In this document: in pieces, positions 41,467 through 55,455 of the stretch
Numbering within the stretch: the first letter of the stretch is position 1
Layout: each line of letters begins with the position of its first letter
Origin: Eledone cirrhosa
Lineage: Eukaryota
Direction of reading: 5' to 3'
Length of the DNA stretch: 64,000 bases
NCBI GenBank assembly: GCA_964016885.1
Contig: OZ024764.1
Location: forward strand, 13,330,001-13,394,000
Notes under the pieces: generated by a model
The model's database searches: none
What the model was told of the DNA's origin: nothing
Seen by the model: the letters and a program-made list of their open reading frames with translations, nothing else
Position numbers and translations under genes: made by a program

Positions 41467-42555
41467 TCATCATCACCGTTTAATGTCCATTTTTCACCTT
41501 AGCATGGGTTAGACGAGTTGTCCTGTTATGAGCAATGCCAGGTCGGGTGACCTTGTATTGCTCATACAGACAGATTTTGACTTGGTATCTACAGTTGGAT
41601 GCCCTTCATAATGCCAACCACATTTACAGTGTGGGCTGGGTGCTTTTTGTTGTGTGGACTGGGTGTTTTTTTGTTGTGACACCTATATGACCACTTTACT
41701 GTGTGGACTGGGTGCTTTTTTGTTGTGACACCTCCACGACCACTTTTTTACCGTGATGCCTATATGACTACTTTACAGTGTGAACTGGGTGCTTTTTTGT
41801 TGTGTGGACTGGGTGTTTTTTTTGTTGTGACACCTATATGACCACTTTACTGTGTGGACTGGGTGCTTTTTTTGTCGTGACACCTCCATGACCACTTTTT
41901 TACTGTGATGCCTACATGGTCACTTTACAGTGTGGGCTGGATGCTTTTTTACCATGATGCCTACATGACTACTTTACAGTGTGGACTGAGTGCTTTTTGC
42001 TGTGACACATACAGGACTACTTTACAGTGTGGACTGGGTGCTTTTTGACGTGACACCTACATGACCACTTTACTGTGTGGACTGGGTGCTTTTTGCCGTG
42101 ACACCTACATGACCACTTTACTGTGTGGACTGGGTGCTTTTTGCCGTGACATCTACAGGACCACTTTACTGTGTGGACGAGGTGCTTTTTGCTGTGACAC
42201 CTATATGACCACTTTACAGTGTGGACTAGGTGCTTTTTGCTGTGACACCTATATGACCACTTTACTGTGTGGACTGGGTGCTTTTTGCCGTGACATCTAC
42301 AGGACCACTTTACTGTGTGGACTAGGTGCTTTTTGCTGTGACACCTATATGACCACTTTACAGTGTGGGCTGGATGCTTTTTGCTGTGACACCTATATGA
42401 CCACTTTACAGTGTGGACTGGGTGCTTTTTGCTGTGACATCTACAGGACCACTTTACTGTGTGGACTGGATGCTTTTTTACTGTGACACCTATATGACCA
42501 CTTTGCAGTGTGGACTAGGTGCTTTTTGCCGTGACACCTACACAACCACTTTACA
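41467..42555. repeat. RTE/SINE 3' tail (minus) expanding into a 48-bp minisatellite
   Basis: Unit atgaccactttactgtgtggactgggtgctttttgccgtgacacctac. Confidence 0.85.
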
Positions 42556-42885
42556 TTGGGAGGGGGATGAGGGCATACTGTTTATATGCTTCAGCTTTGG
42601 CCTGTACCTGTGGAAAGTCGAGTCTTCTGTATTACTGCATAACGCCAGAGGTCTTGGTCATGTGTCATTGCCTTTCAGAGGTGCAGTTGGGCAAGGTCAG
42701 TTTTTATCACCACATGCCAGGTCTTCTTGGGTCTCCCCACTGTCTTTGCACGTATAAACCTGCATATCTGAGGAGAAAAATATAAAACGGATGCTGTCCC
42801 GCAGCCCTCCCTTTATTATAGTATAGATTCATTCATTATTTATCATGGATTGGCAGTATCGGTAGAGGGTCGGACGCCATGTTAG

Positions 42886-43085
42886 GGCGGTGGATTGGCA
42901 GTATCGGTAGAGGGTCGGACGCCATGCTTTGCAGCATAGAGTTACGGCCCTTTATGGTCTGAGTTCAAATCCCGCCGAGGTTAACTTTGCCTTTCATCCT
43001 TACGGGGGTCGATAAAATATAAAGTACCAGTAATGTACTGGGGTAATTGCTGGCCTTGTGCCAAAAAGTAGTAACAATTATATTA
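42886..43085 (+). mobile_element. SINE family B
   Basis: Same sequence as 14282-14460; duplicated head upstream. Confidence 0.85.
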
Positions 43086-43217
43086 TGGCATCCCTTTAGA
43101 TGGCCCTTCAGATGGGTGACGTTGATGGCGCTCGTTGGGACCCCGAATTCTTTTCCTCCCTCAGTCTTTTCATTCTACCTTCATCTTTTCTTTTCATCGG
43201 TTGTACTTTGATTACAG

Positions 43218-43413
43218 GTGAGGTGAACAAGTTGCAGAATCACCTGAGCTTGCTGCGCGAAGAATATGTAAAGCTGCAGGAACGCCTCGTTGAGGTGGAA
43301 AAGAGGTACCACGTTGCCATAGCAACGACAGGGCAGAGTGCAGCCAACAATGACAGCTTCGTGTCTCGGCTCCTCAAAAGGGTTGCGGACTTGTTTAACA
43401 AGGAGACTTACAG
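43218..43413 (+). CDS. ANKFY1: Rabankyrin-5 exon 2 (coiled coil)
   Basis: ttacag|..EVNKLQNHLSLLREEYVKLQ..SFVSRLLKRVADLFNKETY|gtaag. Confidence 0.95.
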
Positions 43414-43430
43414 GTAAGACAGAAAGGCAC

Positions 43431-45650
43431 AGTGGTGGTTGTGGTTGTGGTGGTTGTTGTGGTGGTGGTGGTGGTTGTGGTGGTGGTTGTGGTGGTGGTT
43501 GTTGTGGTGGTGGTGGTTGTTGTGGTGGTGGTGGTGGTGGTTGTTGTGGTTATGGTGGTGGTGGTTGTGGTGGTTGTGGTTGTTGTGGTGGTGGTTGTGG
43601 TGGTGGTTGTGGTGGTTGTTGTGGTGGTGGTGGTTGTGGTGGTTGTTGTGGTGGTGGTTGTGGTTGTGGTGGTGGTTGTGGTGATGGTTGTTGTGGTGGT
43701 GGTGGTTGTTGTGGTGGTAGTGGTGGTTGTTGTGGTTATGGTGGTGGTTGTGGCGGTGGTTGTGGTTGTTGTGGTTGTTGCGGTGGTTGTTGTGGCGGTG
43801 GTGGTGGTGGTTGTTGTGGTGGTAGTGGTGGTTGTTGTTGTGGTGGTGGTGGTTGTTGTGGTTATGGTGGTGGTTGTGGCGGTGGTTGTGGTTGTGGTGG
43901 TGGTTGTGGTGGTTGTTGTGGTGGTGGCGGTGGTGGTGGTGGTTGTTGTGGTGGTAGTGGTGGTTGTTGTTGTGGTGGTGGTGGTTGTTGTGGTTATGGT
44001 GGTGGTTGTGGTGGTGGTTGTGGTTGTTGTGGTTGTTGTGGTGGTGGTTGTGGTGGTGGTTGTGGTGGTGGTGGTTGTGGTGGTGGTGGTGGTGGTTGTT
44101 GTAGTGGTGGTTGTGGTGGTTGTTGTGATGGTGGTTGTGGTTGTGGTTGTGGTGGTGGTTGTGGTGGTTGTAGTGGTGGTTGTTGTGGTGGTGGTGGTTG
44201 TGGTGGTGGTGGTTGTGGTGGTGGTGGTTGTTGTAGTGGTGGTTGTGGTTGTGGTGGTTGTTGTTGTGGTGGTGGTGGTGGTTGTGGTGGTGGTTGTGGT
44301 TGTTGTTGTGGTGGTTGTTGTTGTGGTGGTGGTGGTTGTGGCGGTGGTTGTGGTGGTTGTGGTGATTGTTGTGGTGGTTGTTGTGGTGGTGGTGGTGGTG
44401 GTGGTGGTGGTGGTAGTGGTGGGTGTTGTGGTGGTGGTTGTGGTGGTGGTTGTGGTGATTGTTGTGGTGGTTGTTGTGGTGGTGGTGGTGGTGGTGGTGG
44501 TGGTGGTAGTGGTGGGTGTTGTGGTGGTGGTTGTGGTGGTGGTTGTGGTGGTTGTGGTGGTTGTTGTGGTGGTGGTGGTTGTGGTGGTGGTGGTTGTGGT
44601 GGTGGTGGTTGTTGTAGTGGTGGTTGTGGTTGTGGTGGTTGTTGTGGTGGTGGTTGTGGTTGTGGTGGTGGTTGTGGTGATGGTTGTTGTGGTGGTGGTG
44701 GTTGTTGTGGTGGTAGTGGTGGTTGTTGTGGTTATGGTGGTGGTTGTGGCGGTGGTTGTGGTTGTTGTGGTTGTTGTGGTGGTGGTTGTGGTGGTGGTTG
44801 TGGTGGTGGCGGTGGTGGTGGTGGTTGTGGTGGTTGTTGTGGTGGTGGTTGTGGTAGTGGTGGTTGTTGTTGTGGTGGTGGTGGTGGTTGTGGTGGTGGT
44901 TGTGGTTGTTGTTGTGGTGGTTGTTGTTGTGGTGGTGGTGGTTGTGGCGGTGGTTGTGGTGGTTGTGGTGATTGTTGTGGTGGTTGTTGTTGTGGTGGTG
45001 GTGGTGGTGGTGGTGGTGGTGGTAGTGGTGGGTGTTGTGGTGGTGGTTGTGGTGGTTGTGGTGGTAGTGGTAGTGGTGGTGGTAGTGGTGGTGGTGGTTG
45101 TTGTGGTGGTGGTGGTTGTTGTTGTGGTGGTGGTGGTTGTTGTTGTGGTGGTGGTGGTGGTGGTGGTGGTGGTTGTTGTGGTGGTTGTGGTGGTGGTTGT
45201 GGTGGTTGTGGTGGTAGTGGTAGTGGTGGTGGTAGTGGTGGTGGTGGTTGTTGTGGTGGTGGTTGTTGTTGTTGTGGTGGTGGTTGTTGTGGTGGTGGTG
45301 GTGGTGGTGGTGGTGGTGGTGGTTGTTGTGGTGGTTGTGGTGGTAGTGGTGGTGGTTGTTGTGGTGGTGGTAGTGGTTGTGGTGGTAGTGGTGGTGGTTG
45401 TGGTGGTGGTGGTGGTGGTTGTTGTGGTGGTGGTGGTTGTTGTGGTGGTTGTGGTGGTGGTTGTGGTGGTTATGGTGGTGGTTGTTGTTGTGGTGGTTGT
45501 TGTGGTGGTTGTTGTGGTGGTGGTGGTAGTGGTGGTGGTTGTTGTGGTAGTGGTGGTAGTGGTGGTGGTTGTTGTGGTAGTGGTGGTGGTTGTAGTAGTG
45601 GTGGTGGTAGTGGTGGTTGTTGTGGTTGTGGTGGTTGTTGTGGTTGTGAT
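43431..45650. repeat. 2.2-kb imperfect (GGT/TGT/AGT)n trinucleotide array in intron 2
   Basis: Direct inspection. Confidence 0.97.
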
Positions 45651-45804
45651 GATATATACTATATATAATGTATATATGTTGTATATAGTATATATATGTT
45701 GTATATAGTCTATATATGTTGTATATAGTATATATATGTTGTATATAGTATATATATGCTGTATATAGTATATATATGCTGTATATAGTATATATATACT
45801 CATA

Positions 45805-46188
45805 CGGGAACTGATTCTGGCTTGATTTCTACAGCTGGATGCCTTTCCTAACACCAACCTCATTTACAGTGAGTGCTGGGTGCTTTTTTTTTTCCGTGGC
45901 GCCTACACATCCACTTTACAGTGTGGGCTGGCTGCTTTTTTGCCGTGGCACCTCCACGACCACTTTACAGTGTGGGCTGGGTGCTTGTTTGCCGTGGCAC
46001 CTCCACGACCACTTTGCAGTGGAATGCTAGGGACCCCAGTCCCTATCATCTCATTTCTACAGCTGAGTAAACTGGAGCAACGTGAAATAAAGTGTCTTGC
46101 TCAAGGAAACAACGCATCACCCATTCCGAGAATTGAACTCACAACCTTTCGATTGCAAGCCCAATGTCTAACCACTAAGCCATGTGCC
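45805..46188 (-). mobile_element. SINE family A
   Basis: Reverse complement of 36772-37040 with internal 49-bp duplications. Confidence 0.85.
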
Positions 46189-46436
46189 TTCTTTCGGGAA
46201 GGCTTTAGTTGGGAAGGGCAAGCTAGTTTGTCAAGGAGAAAGCTCACAAAAGGCCACGGTCACCCTGACCACTAGGGCAAGCTCCCTCTTCCAATGCTCT
46301 AGTCACTAAGCCATGCACCCTTCACAAAACGCCGGTTTAAATGCTAAAGGGTTAAAAGAAAAAAATATAATTTTACCTACAAACATTTGCTTATATTTTT
46401 ATAATCTTTCTATACATCACACTGTTTCTTCTCCAG

Positions 46437-46558
46437 CGATATAACCATCCTGCTCCAAGGTGGAGAGATCAAGGCCCACAAATTTATTATGACAGCACGC
46501 TCCACAGACTGGGGGCTCGGTGTAGAGATTTCACAAGTCTCTCGGTTGGACCTCACTG
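46437..46558 (+). CDS. ANKFY1: Rabankyrin-5 exon 3 (BTB start)
   Basis: ctccag|SDITILLQGGEIKAHKFIMTARSTDW..LDLT|gtgag; phases consistent. Confidence 0.95.
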
Positions 46559-46738
46559 GTGAGAAATATTTAACTCCTTTAATACTAAACCTGCATCCAA
46601 ACCACCCCCCATTTAAAGCACATGTTACTACCTAATTCTCAAATTCGTTACCTGTTTGTAAGCAAAGACTGCTGTGTGTCTCCCTATTGATACACACACA
46701 CATATATATATATATATATGTGTGTGTATGTGTGTGTG

Positions 46739-46788
<50 letters not shown>

Positions 46789-46832
46789 TGTGTGTATATA
46801 TATATATATGTGTGTGTATATATATATATGTG

Positions 46833-46897
<65 letters not shown>

Positions 46898-46910
46898 ATA
46901 TATCTGTGTG

Positions 46911-46943
<33 letters not shown>

Positions 46944-46957
46944 ATATATATATGTGC

Positions 46958-46997
<40 letters not shown>

Positions 46998-47124
46998 ATA
47001 TATATATATATATATGCGTGTGTGTGTATATATATATATATGTGTGTATTTATATATATGTGTGTGTATATATATATATGTGTATATATATATATATGTG
47101 TGTGTGTGTGTATATATCTGTGTG

Positions 47125-47157
<33 letters not shown>

Positions 47158-47174
47158 ATATATATGTGCGTGTG

Positions 47175-47211
<37 letters not shown>

Positions 47212-47320
47212 ATATATATATATATGCGTGTGTGTGTATATATATATATATATGTGTGTATTTATATATATGTGTGTGTATATATATATATGTGTATATA
47301 TATATATATGTGTGTGTGTG

Positions 47321-47351
<31 letters not shown>

Positions 47352-47364
47352 ATATATCTGTGTG

Positions 47365-47395
<31 letters not shown>

Positions 47396-47407
47396 ATATA
47401 TATGTGC

Positions 47408-47451
<44 letters not shown>

Positions 47452-47855
47452 ATATATATATATATATGCGTGTGTGTGTATATATATATATATATGTGTG
47501 TATTTATATATATGTGTGTGTGTGTACATATATATATGTGTGTGTGTGTGTATATATATATGTGTGTGTGTGTATATATATATATATATGTGTGTATATA
47601 TATATACGTGTGTGTATGTGTATGTGTATATATATATGTATGTGTATATATATATGTGTGTATATATATATACGTGTGTGTGTGTATATATATATATGTG
47701 TGTGTGTATATATATATCTGTATATATATATATATATGTGTGTGTATATATATATGTGTGTGTGTGTATATATATATCTGTATATATATATGTGTGTATG
47801 TATATATATATATATATATTTATATAAAATTCAAAGGGTGTATATATATATATAA

Positions 47856-48371
47856 CTAGCAGTAAAGCCCGGCGTTGCTCGGGGTCGCTCAGTAGCTGTG
47901 TTAAAGTTACAATGTTAAGTTTCTTTTTTGGCTTAAAAACTGTAGTGTCTACTGTGCAGACTTGCATGTGGTGTTTTTGATTAATATTCCCTCAACCAAC
48001 AATATGCCTTATGAAGTTAAGAAAACATAACGATAACCCGAATGTTATAACAAAAGAGGATGCTGGGGATAAAAACTGCACTGGTTATTTATTAACAAAG
48101 ACTGAGAAAGCCAGCGTAATTTTTTACGTAAGACGCTCAATGTAAACAGAACAAAGGGAAATAACTGATAACTTACGCTCAAAAATCGATACATTATATT
48201 CGATTTCGTCACATAGGGTGGGTCAATTTGAAATTTTTTTTTTCCGATGTCTTCGCTAGGGCTCAATGTACAAGTATAGCAATTTCGGTGCAATTCCGTG
48301 AGAGATTCTAAGAGGAGATGTGTGCCAAAAATCGATAGACAGACAGACAACCACAGTTTTATATATATAGA
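47856..48371 (-). mobile_element. Non-autonomous Helitron
   Basis: Minus strand: 5' TC, subterminal hairpin cccgagcaacgccggg, 3' CTAG, inserted between A and T. Confidence 0.75.
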
Positions 48372-48559
48372 TAGATGAGACATAGCCACAGATACATATA
48401 TGAATTTGGCAACCATTCAAGGTGTGGCTGAATGAAGAATTAATTAAATAATTATTACTCAGAGCTATTTATAAAAATGTAAGTTCAAAGAACCATTAGA
48501 TAAAATATATACAGTATTTCCTCTCCTAATCAGTATAAATTAACCACACAAAAAATCAT

Positions 48560-48785
48560 TTAACCCTTTAGCATTTAAACCGACCATATCTGGCCAAAAT
48601 TCTCTCACCTTTCCTGTTCAAACTAGCTGTAACTAGTCACGCATGATGATATTAAGGTGTAGTTCTCAAAATTAATATCAAAATCTTATAGATTCGATAT
48701 TATGTGAGATAATTAAGTGAATGTAAAGCCTTTACCCCGAAAATACAATAGTAAATATAGAGTAATGCGAATGCTAAAGTGTTAA
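48560..48785. mobile_element. piggyBac-type MITE
   Basis: TTAA|CCCTTTAGCATT ... AATGCTAAAGTG|TTAA; related pieces at 11525-11700 and 12350-12612. Confidence 0.7.
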
Positions 48786-48989
48786 AGGAGGCTATAAGTT
48801 TAAAATGTACTTATGAAGAAATAATAGACAAATGATACAGATTATTTTCTGCGATGTACAGCCATAAGACACCTACCTAATTATTTCTTCTAGCCTGTAG
48901 ACATTGACTAGACAAATGGTTAACTACACGGGATTAGGTACAAAATAGAAGTTTGAAGAAAAAAATGCACATAAATTTTACCAGAATAT

Positions 48990-49485
<496 letters not shown>

Positions 49486-49486
49486 A

Positions 49487-49749
49487 TTTCTACAGCTGGA
49501 TGCCCTTCCTAACACCAACCTCATTTACAGTGTGGGCTGGGTGCTTTTTTGCCGTGGCACCTCCACGACCACTTTGCAGTGGAATGATGGGGACCCCAGT
49601 CCCTATCATCTCATTTCTACAGCTGAGTAAACTGGAGCAATGTGAAATAAAGTGTCTTGCTCAAGGAAACAACACATCACCCGGTCTGAGAATTGAACTC
49701 ACAACCTTTCGATTGCAAGGCCAATGCTCTAACCACTAAGCCATGTGCT
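49487..49749 (-). mobile_element. SINE family A
   Basis: Near-identical to 13653-13905 (rc). Confidence 0.88.
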
Positions 49750-49752
49750 TCC

Positions 49753-49802
<50 letters not shown>

Positions 49803-49804
49803 GT

Positions 49805-50649
49805 TCTCTCTATCTCTATTCCAGAGATTGGCTATAATGTAGCCTGCTCTCTCTTACTAATCTCTCTCTCTCTCTCTCTCTCCCCCTTTCTCTCTCTATA
49901 TCTCTCTCTCCCTCTAACTCTCCCTCTATCTCTCTCTCTATTCCAGACATCAGCTACGATGTAGCGTACTCTCTCTCTCTCTCTCTAACTCTCTCTCTAT
50001 TCCAGACATCAGCTACGATGTAGCGTACTCTCTCTCTCTCTCTCTCTCTAATATCTCTCTCCCTCTCTATCTCTCTCTCTATTCCAGACATCAGCTACAA
50101 TGTAGCGTACTCTCTCTCTCTCTCTCTAATATCTCTCTCTATTCCAGACATCAGCTACGATGTAGCGTACTCTCTCTCTCTCTCTCTCTCTCTAATATCT
50201 CTCTCCTCCTCTATCTCTCTCTCTATTCCAGACATCAGCTACAATGTAGTGTACTCTCTCTCTCTCTCTAATATCTCTCTCCTCCTCTATCTCTCTCTCT
50301 ATTCCAGACATCAGCTACGATGTAGCGTACTCTCTCTCTCTCCTCCTCTATCTCTCTCTCTATTCCAGACATCAGCTACGATGTAGCGTACTCTCTCTCT
50401 CTAATATCTCTCTCCTCCTCTATCTCTCTCTCTATTCCAGACATCAGCTACGATGTAGCGTACTCTCTCTCTCTAATATCTCTCTCCTCCTCTATCTCTC
50501 TCTCTATTCCAGACATCAGCTACGATGTAGCGTACTCTATCTCTCTCCTCCTCTATCTCTCTCTCTATTCCAGACATCAGCTACGATGTAGCGTACTCTC
50601 TCTCTCTCTCTAATATCTCTCTCCCCCTCTATCTCTCTCTCTATTCCAG
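49805..50649 (+). repeat. Tandem array of duplicated exon-4 splice-acceptor cassettes
   Basis: 10 near-exact copies of (CT)n-attccag|acatcagctacgatgtagcgtac plus one diverged copy at ~49818. Confidence 0.92.
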
Positions 50650-50785
50650 ACATCAGCTACGATGTAGCGTACGCCCTTATGAAGTGGGTATATACAGATG
50701 AGATAAATATAAAAAGTGAGGAGACATTCTTGTTGGAGTTACTCAAAGTATCTGCAAGGTTCCAGCTGGATTCTCTTGGAACAAG
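50650..50785 (+). CDS. ANKFY1: Rabankyrin-5 exon 4 (BTB)
   Basis: ttccag|DISYDVAYALMKWVYTDEI..FLLELLKVSARFQLDSLGT|gtaac. Confidence 0.93.
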
Positions 50786-50847
50786 GTAACCTTTGGGTGT
50801 TCTGGGGCTGTGACCCTCTCTTTAACTAGTCTCATACACACACATAT

Positions 50848-50891
<44 letters not shown>

Positions 50892-51083
50892 ATATATAGG
50901 AAAATGTTAGACCCCGACGGCAGAGCTCAAGCCATTTCAACGGCTATTTCCAGAAATAGCCGTCGAAACGGCTTGAGCTCTGCCGTCGGGGTCATACTCG
51001 TTCCTATTACCCACTCTACTACCCTAAGTATTGAGTACTCTGGTGCGTTATGGTCCACCTGGTTCCTTACCACAATTCCTTCG

Positions 51084-51250
<167 letters not shown>

Positions 51251-51262
51251 TGTATATATATG

Positions 51263-51492
<230 letters not shown>

Positions 51493-51493
51493 C

Positions 51494-51526
<33 letters not shown>

Positions 51527-51613
51527 CATATATATATACATATATATATACATATATATACATTTCCAATTCCACCCCGCCCGTCCCCTCAATCTATCTT
51601 ATTTCTCATTCTT

Positions 51614-51649
51614 TCTTCTGATGAAGGACTAGCGTCCGAAACGTTAAGA
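51614..51649 (+). ncRNA. Minimal type I hammerhead ribozyme, sense in ANKFY1 intron 4
   Basis: tctt CUGAUGA a ggac-tagc-gtcc GAAA CG UU aaga. Confidence 0.7.
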
Positions 51650-51744
51650 CCCTCTTCCTGCTATATCAAGCGTTAACCTAATATATTCCTTCCATATACT
51701 GTACTGATTGTGTTGTTATTTCTGTTTACGCTTTACATACATCA

Positions 51745-51814
<70 letters not shown>

Positions 51815-52044
51815 GTATATACATACACACATGCACACATACACATATATATATATATATATATAGAAGGAGCTTCTACAGGACTAGTACTGTTTCATTC
51901 AGATGAAATCTTCCTGAAGATTTCATCTGAATGAAACAGTACTAGTCCTGTAGAAGCTCCTTCTATAAAATAAAAAAATTTTACTCTGCCATGTATTGAG
52001 TACCTTACTTACTGTGGTTATCCCCGACTCAACCCGGGACCTAC

Positions 52045-52103
<59 letters not shown>

Positions 52104-52312
52104 TACATACGCACACTTAAATATATACAGACACATACATACATACATACACATATATATTCACACAAATACACACACTTATATAAATATATATATATAT
52201 ATACATACACACATATACACACACACACATATATACATATACATACACATATATACGGTAAACACTGATGCAATTCAATTTCAAGCACTCAACGTACTTT
52301 TTCCACATAGGA

Positions 52313-53391
52313 ATCATCATCATCATCATCATCATTTTATGTCCACTTTTCACTGCTTGCAAGGGTGGGACAGGAACTGATTCTGGCTTGATTTCTACAG
52401 CTGGATGCCCTTCCTAACACCAACCTCATTTACAGTGTGGGCTGGGTGCTTTTTTGCTGTGGCACCTCCACGACCACTTTGCAGTGTGGGCTGGGTGCTT
52501 TTTTGCTGTGGAACCTCCATGACCACTTTGCAGTGTGGGCTGGGTGCTTTTTTGCTGTGGCACCTCCATGACCACTTTGCAGTGTGGGCTGGGTGCTTTT
52601 TTGCTGTGGAACCTCCATGACCACTTTGCAGTGTGGGCTGGGTGCTTTTTTGCTGTGGAACCTCCATGACCACTTTGCAGTGTGGGCTGGGTGCTTTTTT
52701 GCTGTGGAACCTCCATGACCACTTTGCAGTGTGGGCTGGGTGCTTTTTTGCTGTGGAACCTCCATGACCACTTTGCAGTGTGGGCTGGGTGCTTTTTTGC
52801 TGTGGAACCTCCATGACCACTTTGCAGTGTGGGCTGGGTGCTTTTTTGCTGTGGCACCTCCATGACCACTTTACAGTGTGGGCTGGGTGCTTTTTTACTG
52901 TGGCACCTCCACGACCACTTTGCAGTGTGGGCTGGGTGCTCTTTTGCTGTGGCACCTCCACGACCACTTTACAGTGTGGGCTGGGTGCTTTTTTTGCTGT
53001 GACACCTCCACGACCACTTTACAGTGTGGGCTGGGTGCTTTTTTTTGCTGTGGCACCTCCACGACCACTTTACAGTGTGGGCTGGATGCTTTTTTGCCGT
53101 GGCACCTCCACGACCACTTTACAGTGTGGGCTGGATGCTTTTTTGCCGTGGCACCTCCACGACCACTTTACAGTGTGGGCTGGGTGCTTTTTTGCTGTGG
53201 CACCTCCACGACCACTTTACAGTGGAATGATAGGGACCCCAGTCCTATCATCTCATTTCTACAGCTGAGTAAACTGGAGCAGCGTGAAATAAAGTGTCTT
53301 GCTCAAGGATACAACACATCACCCAGTCTGAGAATTGAACTCACAACCTTTCGATTGCAAGCCCAATGCTCTAACCACTAAGCCATGTGCC
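52313..53391 (-). mobile_element. SINE family A with internal 49-bp unit expanded ~16x
   Basis: Head at 53391, (CAT)n tail at 52313, array 52430-53222. Confidence 0.88.
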
Positions 53392-53428
53392 TTAAAATAT
53401 TTGTTGTCTGTCTGTCTGATTTCTACAG

Positions 53429-53552
53429 GTGTGAGAGTGCGTTGATGTCATTTGTCACTGATAAGAACTGTATAAACTTCTACCAATCTGCCGATGAAAT
53501 GGATGCACACATATTGAAGAAACACTGCTCTGAATTGATATCCTCTCATTGG
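53429..53552 (+). CDS. ANKFY1: Rabankyrin-5 exon 5 (BACK-like)
   Basis: ctacag|CESALMSFVTDKNCINFYQSADEM..CSELISSHW|gttagt. Confidence 0.95.
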
Positions 53553-53619
53553 GTTAGTGTGATTTAATAGTTGGGGGGGGGGGGGGTTTGTATGATGCCT
53601 GTGTAAGTACTTGGTGCTG

Positions 53620-55130
53620 CTGTTGTATAGACCAACAGACACTAGAGAGGCTGTTATGTATTGGTCACGACTGTAGGGTCTTCCCAGCCCTCTGTTTAGC
53701 AAGTTTTCTATGGTTGGATGCCCTTCCTATCACCAACCACTTTACAACATGTACTGGGTGCTTCTATTGTATAGATCAACAGACACTAGAGAGGCTGTCA
53801 TGTATTGGTCACGACTGTAGGGTCTTCCCAGCCCTCTGTTTAGCAAGTTTTCTATGGTTGGATGCCCTTCCTATCACCAACCACTTTACAACATGTACTG
53901 GGTGCTTCTATTGTATAGACCAACAGAATTAGGGAGGCTGTCATGTCTTTGACATGATTATAGGGTCTTCCCAGCCCTCTGTTTAGCAAGTTTTCTATGG
54001 TTGGATGCCCTTCCTATCATCAACCACTTTACAACATGTACTGGGTGCTTCTATTGTATAGACCAACAGACACTAGAGAGGCTGTTATGTATTGGTCACG
54101 ACTGTAGGGTCTTCCCAGCCCTCTGTTTAGCAAGTTTTCTATAGTTGGATGCCCTTCCTATCACCAACCACTTTACAACATGTACTGGGTGCTTCTATTG
54201 TATAGATCAACAGAATTAGGGAGGCTGTCATGTATTGGTCACGACTGTAGGGTCTTCCCAGCTCTCTGTTTGGCAAGCTTTCTATAGATGGATGCTCTTC
54301 CTATCACCAACCACTTTACAGCGTGTCGATCGATCGATCGATCAAGCGTTGATTAATGTCCATCTTCCACGCTAGCATGGGTTAGACGAGTTTGTCCTAA
54401 TTAGAGGCAAGTTGGGTTGGGTGACCATGTCTCACTCATATGGGAGAGTTTCTGGCTGGTTTGCTATGGCTGGATGCCCTTCCTAACGCCAACCACATTG
54501 ACAGTGTGTGCTGGGTGCTTTTTGCTGTGTCTTTTACACGTCCACTTTACAGTGTGGGCTGGTTGTTTTGGGGCTGGTTTTCTACGGCTGGATGCCCTTA
54601 CTAATGCCAACCACATTTACAATGTACTGGGTGCATTTAGTGTTTAGATCACCAACACTAGAGAGGGTGTCACATCCATGTCATGACTGAGGGTTCCTCT
54701 CAACCCTCTATTTGGCAAGCTTTCTATGGCTGCATGCCCTTCCTATTACTAACCACTTTACAGCCTGTACTAGGTGCTTCTATATTGTCACTAACACTAG
54801 GGAGGGTGTCATTGGCTTGACACAACTGAGGGTCCTCCCAGCCCTCTGTTTAGCAAGCTTTCTACGGCTGGATGCCCTTCCTATCCCTAACCACTTTACA
54901 GAGTGTACTGGGTGCTTCTATCATGTAGATTACCAAACACTAGGGAGGGTGTCATGGCCTTGACACAACAGAAAGGTCCTTCCAACCCTTTGCTTGGCAA
55001 GCTTTCTATGGCTGGATGCCCTTCTTATCTCTAACCACTTTACAGAGTGTACTGGGTGCTTGTAAGGCATAGATCACCAGCACTAGGGTGGCTGTCATGC
55101 CCTTGAAATAACTTTAGGGTCCTCTCAATC
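53620..55130. repeat. 144-bp minisatellite containing RTE/SINE tail segment (5 copies plus diverged copies)
   Basis: Unit includes ggatgcccttcctatcaccaaccacttt; interrupted by an RTE tail at 54350-54630. Confidence 0.85.
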
Positions 55131-55277
55131 CTTTGATGGTGGTGGTAGTGGTGGTTCTCCCCCTCTACCTCCTCCTTTTTATATGTTATTTATTTTTCCT
55201 CTCTTACCAACCCTCCTTCTCTCTCTCTCTCCCCCTCCTCTCTCTCTCTCTCTCTATATCTCTCTCTCATTATCTCT

Positions 55278-55455
55278 TGGCAGTATCAGTAGAGGGTCGG
55301 ACGCCATGCTTTCCAGCATAGTTACGTCCCTTTATGATCTGAGTTCAAATCCCGCCGAGGTTGACTTTGCCTTTCATCCTTATGGGGTCGATAAAATAAA
55401 GTACCAGTAATGCACTGGGTAATTGCTGGCCTTGTGCCTAAAGTAGAAACAATTA
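55278..55455 (+). mobile_element. SINE family B
   Basis: As 14282. Confidence 0.85.

Noticed and set aside
43338-45668. 776-aa Gly/Cys-rich loricrin/keratin-associated-like protein
   Set aside because: Trinucleotide array in ANKFY1 intron 2, not in the ANKFY1 frame; almost no synonymous codon diversity
46674-47967. Long YI/CV-rich ORFs (also 698-1631, 6800-8157, 50904-51676)
   Set aside because: TA/TG dinucleotide repeats lack stop codons
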